Positions 63,828 through 64,000 of a stretch of 64,000 bases of DNA are shown here, piece by piece. Each line of letters begins with the position of its first letter. The stretch's first letter is position 1. Below the pieces are notes generated by a model that saw nothing but the letters and a program-made list of their open reading frames with translations, did not search any database and was not told where the DNA came from. The stretch comes from Phyllobates terribilis (taxonomy: Eukaryota), in NCBI RefSeq assembly GCF_046119375.1, contig NW_027362761.1:873642001-873706000 (forward strand), read 5' to 3'. A program made the translations under genes and the position numbers.

Positions 63828-64000
63828 TAGTGTTGAGCATTCCGATACTGAAATATCGGATATTGACCGATATTCGCAGTATCGGAGTTCCGATACCGAG
63901 TTCCGATATTTTTACAATATCGAATACCGGAATCGGAAGTTCCCATATTGCCTTCGCTCTGCAGTGTCTCTGAAGGATGACAAGCTGGATGGCAGCGCTC
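63828..64000. mobile_element. hAT element terminus running out of the window
   Basis: TAGTGTTGAGC followed by CCGATA(C/T) subterminal repeats. Confidence 0.7.

Overview
Eukaryotic vertebrate DNA, most likely anuran (inferred from T2/Kolobok-type palindromic MITEs and an 18S fragment with amphibian-like variants). It is almost entirely nested transposable elements. I found no confidently identifiable host protein gene and no prokaryotic or CRISPR system. Main contents: a Penelope-like retroelement with a hammerhead motif (1.1-4.8 kb); a near full-length CR1 LINE on the minus strand, split by a piggyBac-type insert and a solo LTR (6.8-13.5 kb); several Tc1 copies; and a Gmr1-type LTR element with PR-IN-RT-RH order (24.8-29.8 kb). 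From 33.9 to 62.4 kb there is a TSD-supported nest: a foldback element contains a 26.5-kb hAT (34151-60684). That hAT contains a complete Gypsy provirus (49668-57430) and an 11.2-kb hAT with an intact 1226-aa transposase (34451-45672). The inner hAT carries a decayed 18S rRNA fragment, an L1 fragment, a solo LTR, a Tc1 and a partial self-duplication. Most notable observations: (1) a second tRNA-Ser PBS-like site at a fixed position inside all five Gypsy LTRs, matching a different isoacceptor in each LTR family; (2) the cargo-laden but intact hAT with rRNA sequence; (3) a candidate -1 frameshift or AUGA junction plus hammerhead in the Penelope element; (4) a Gypsy slippery site converted to an in-frame gag-pol fusion. 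All coordinates and alignments were read by eye and need computational confirmation.
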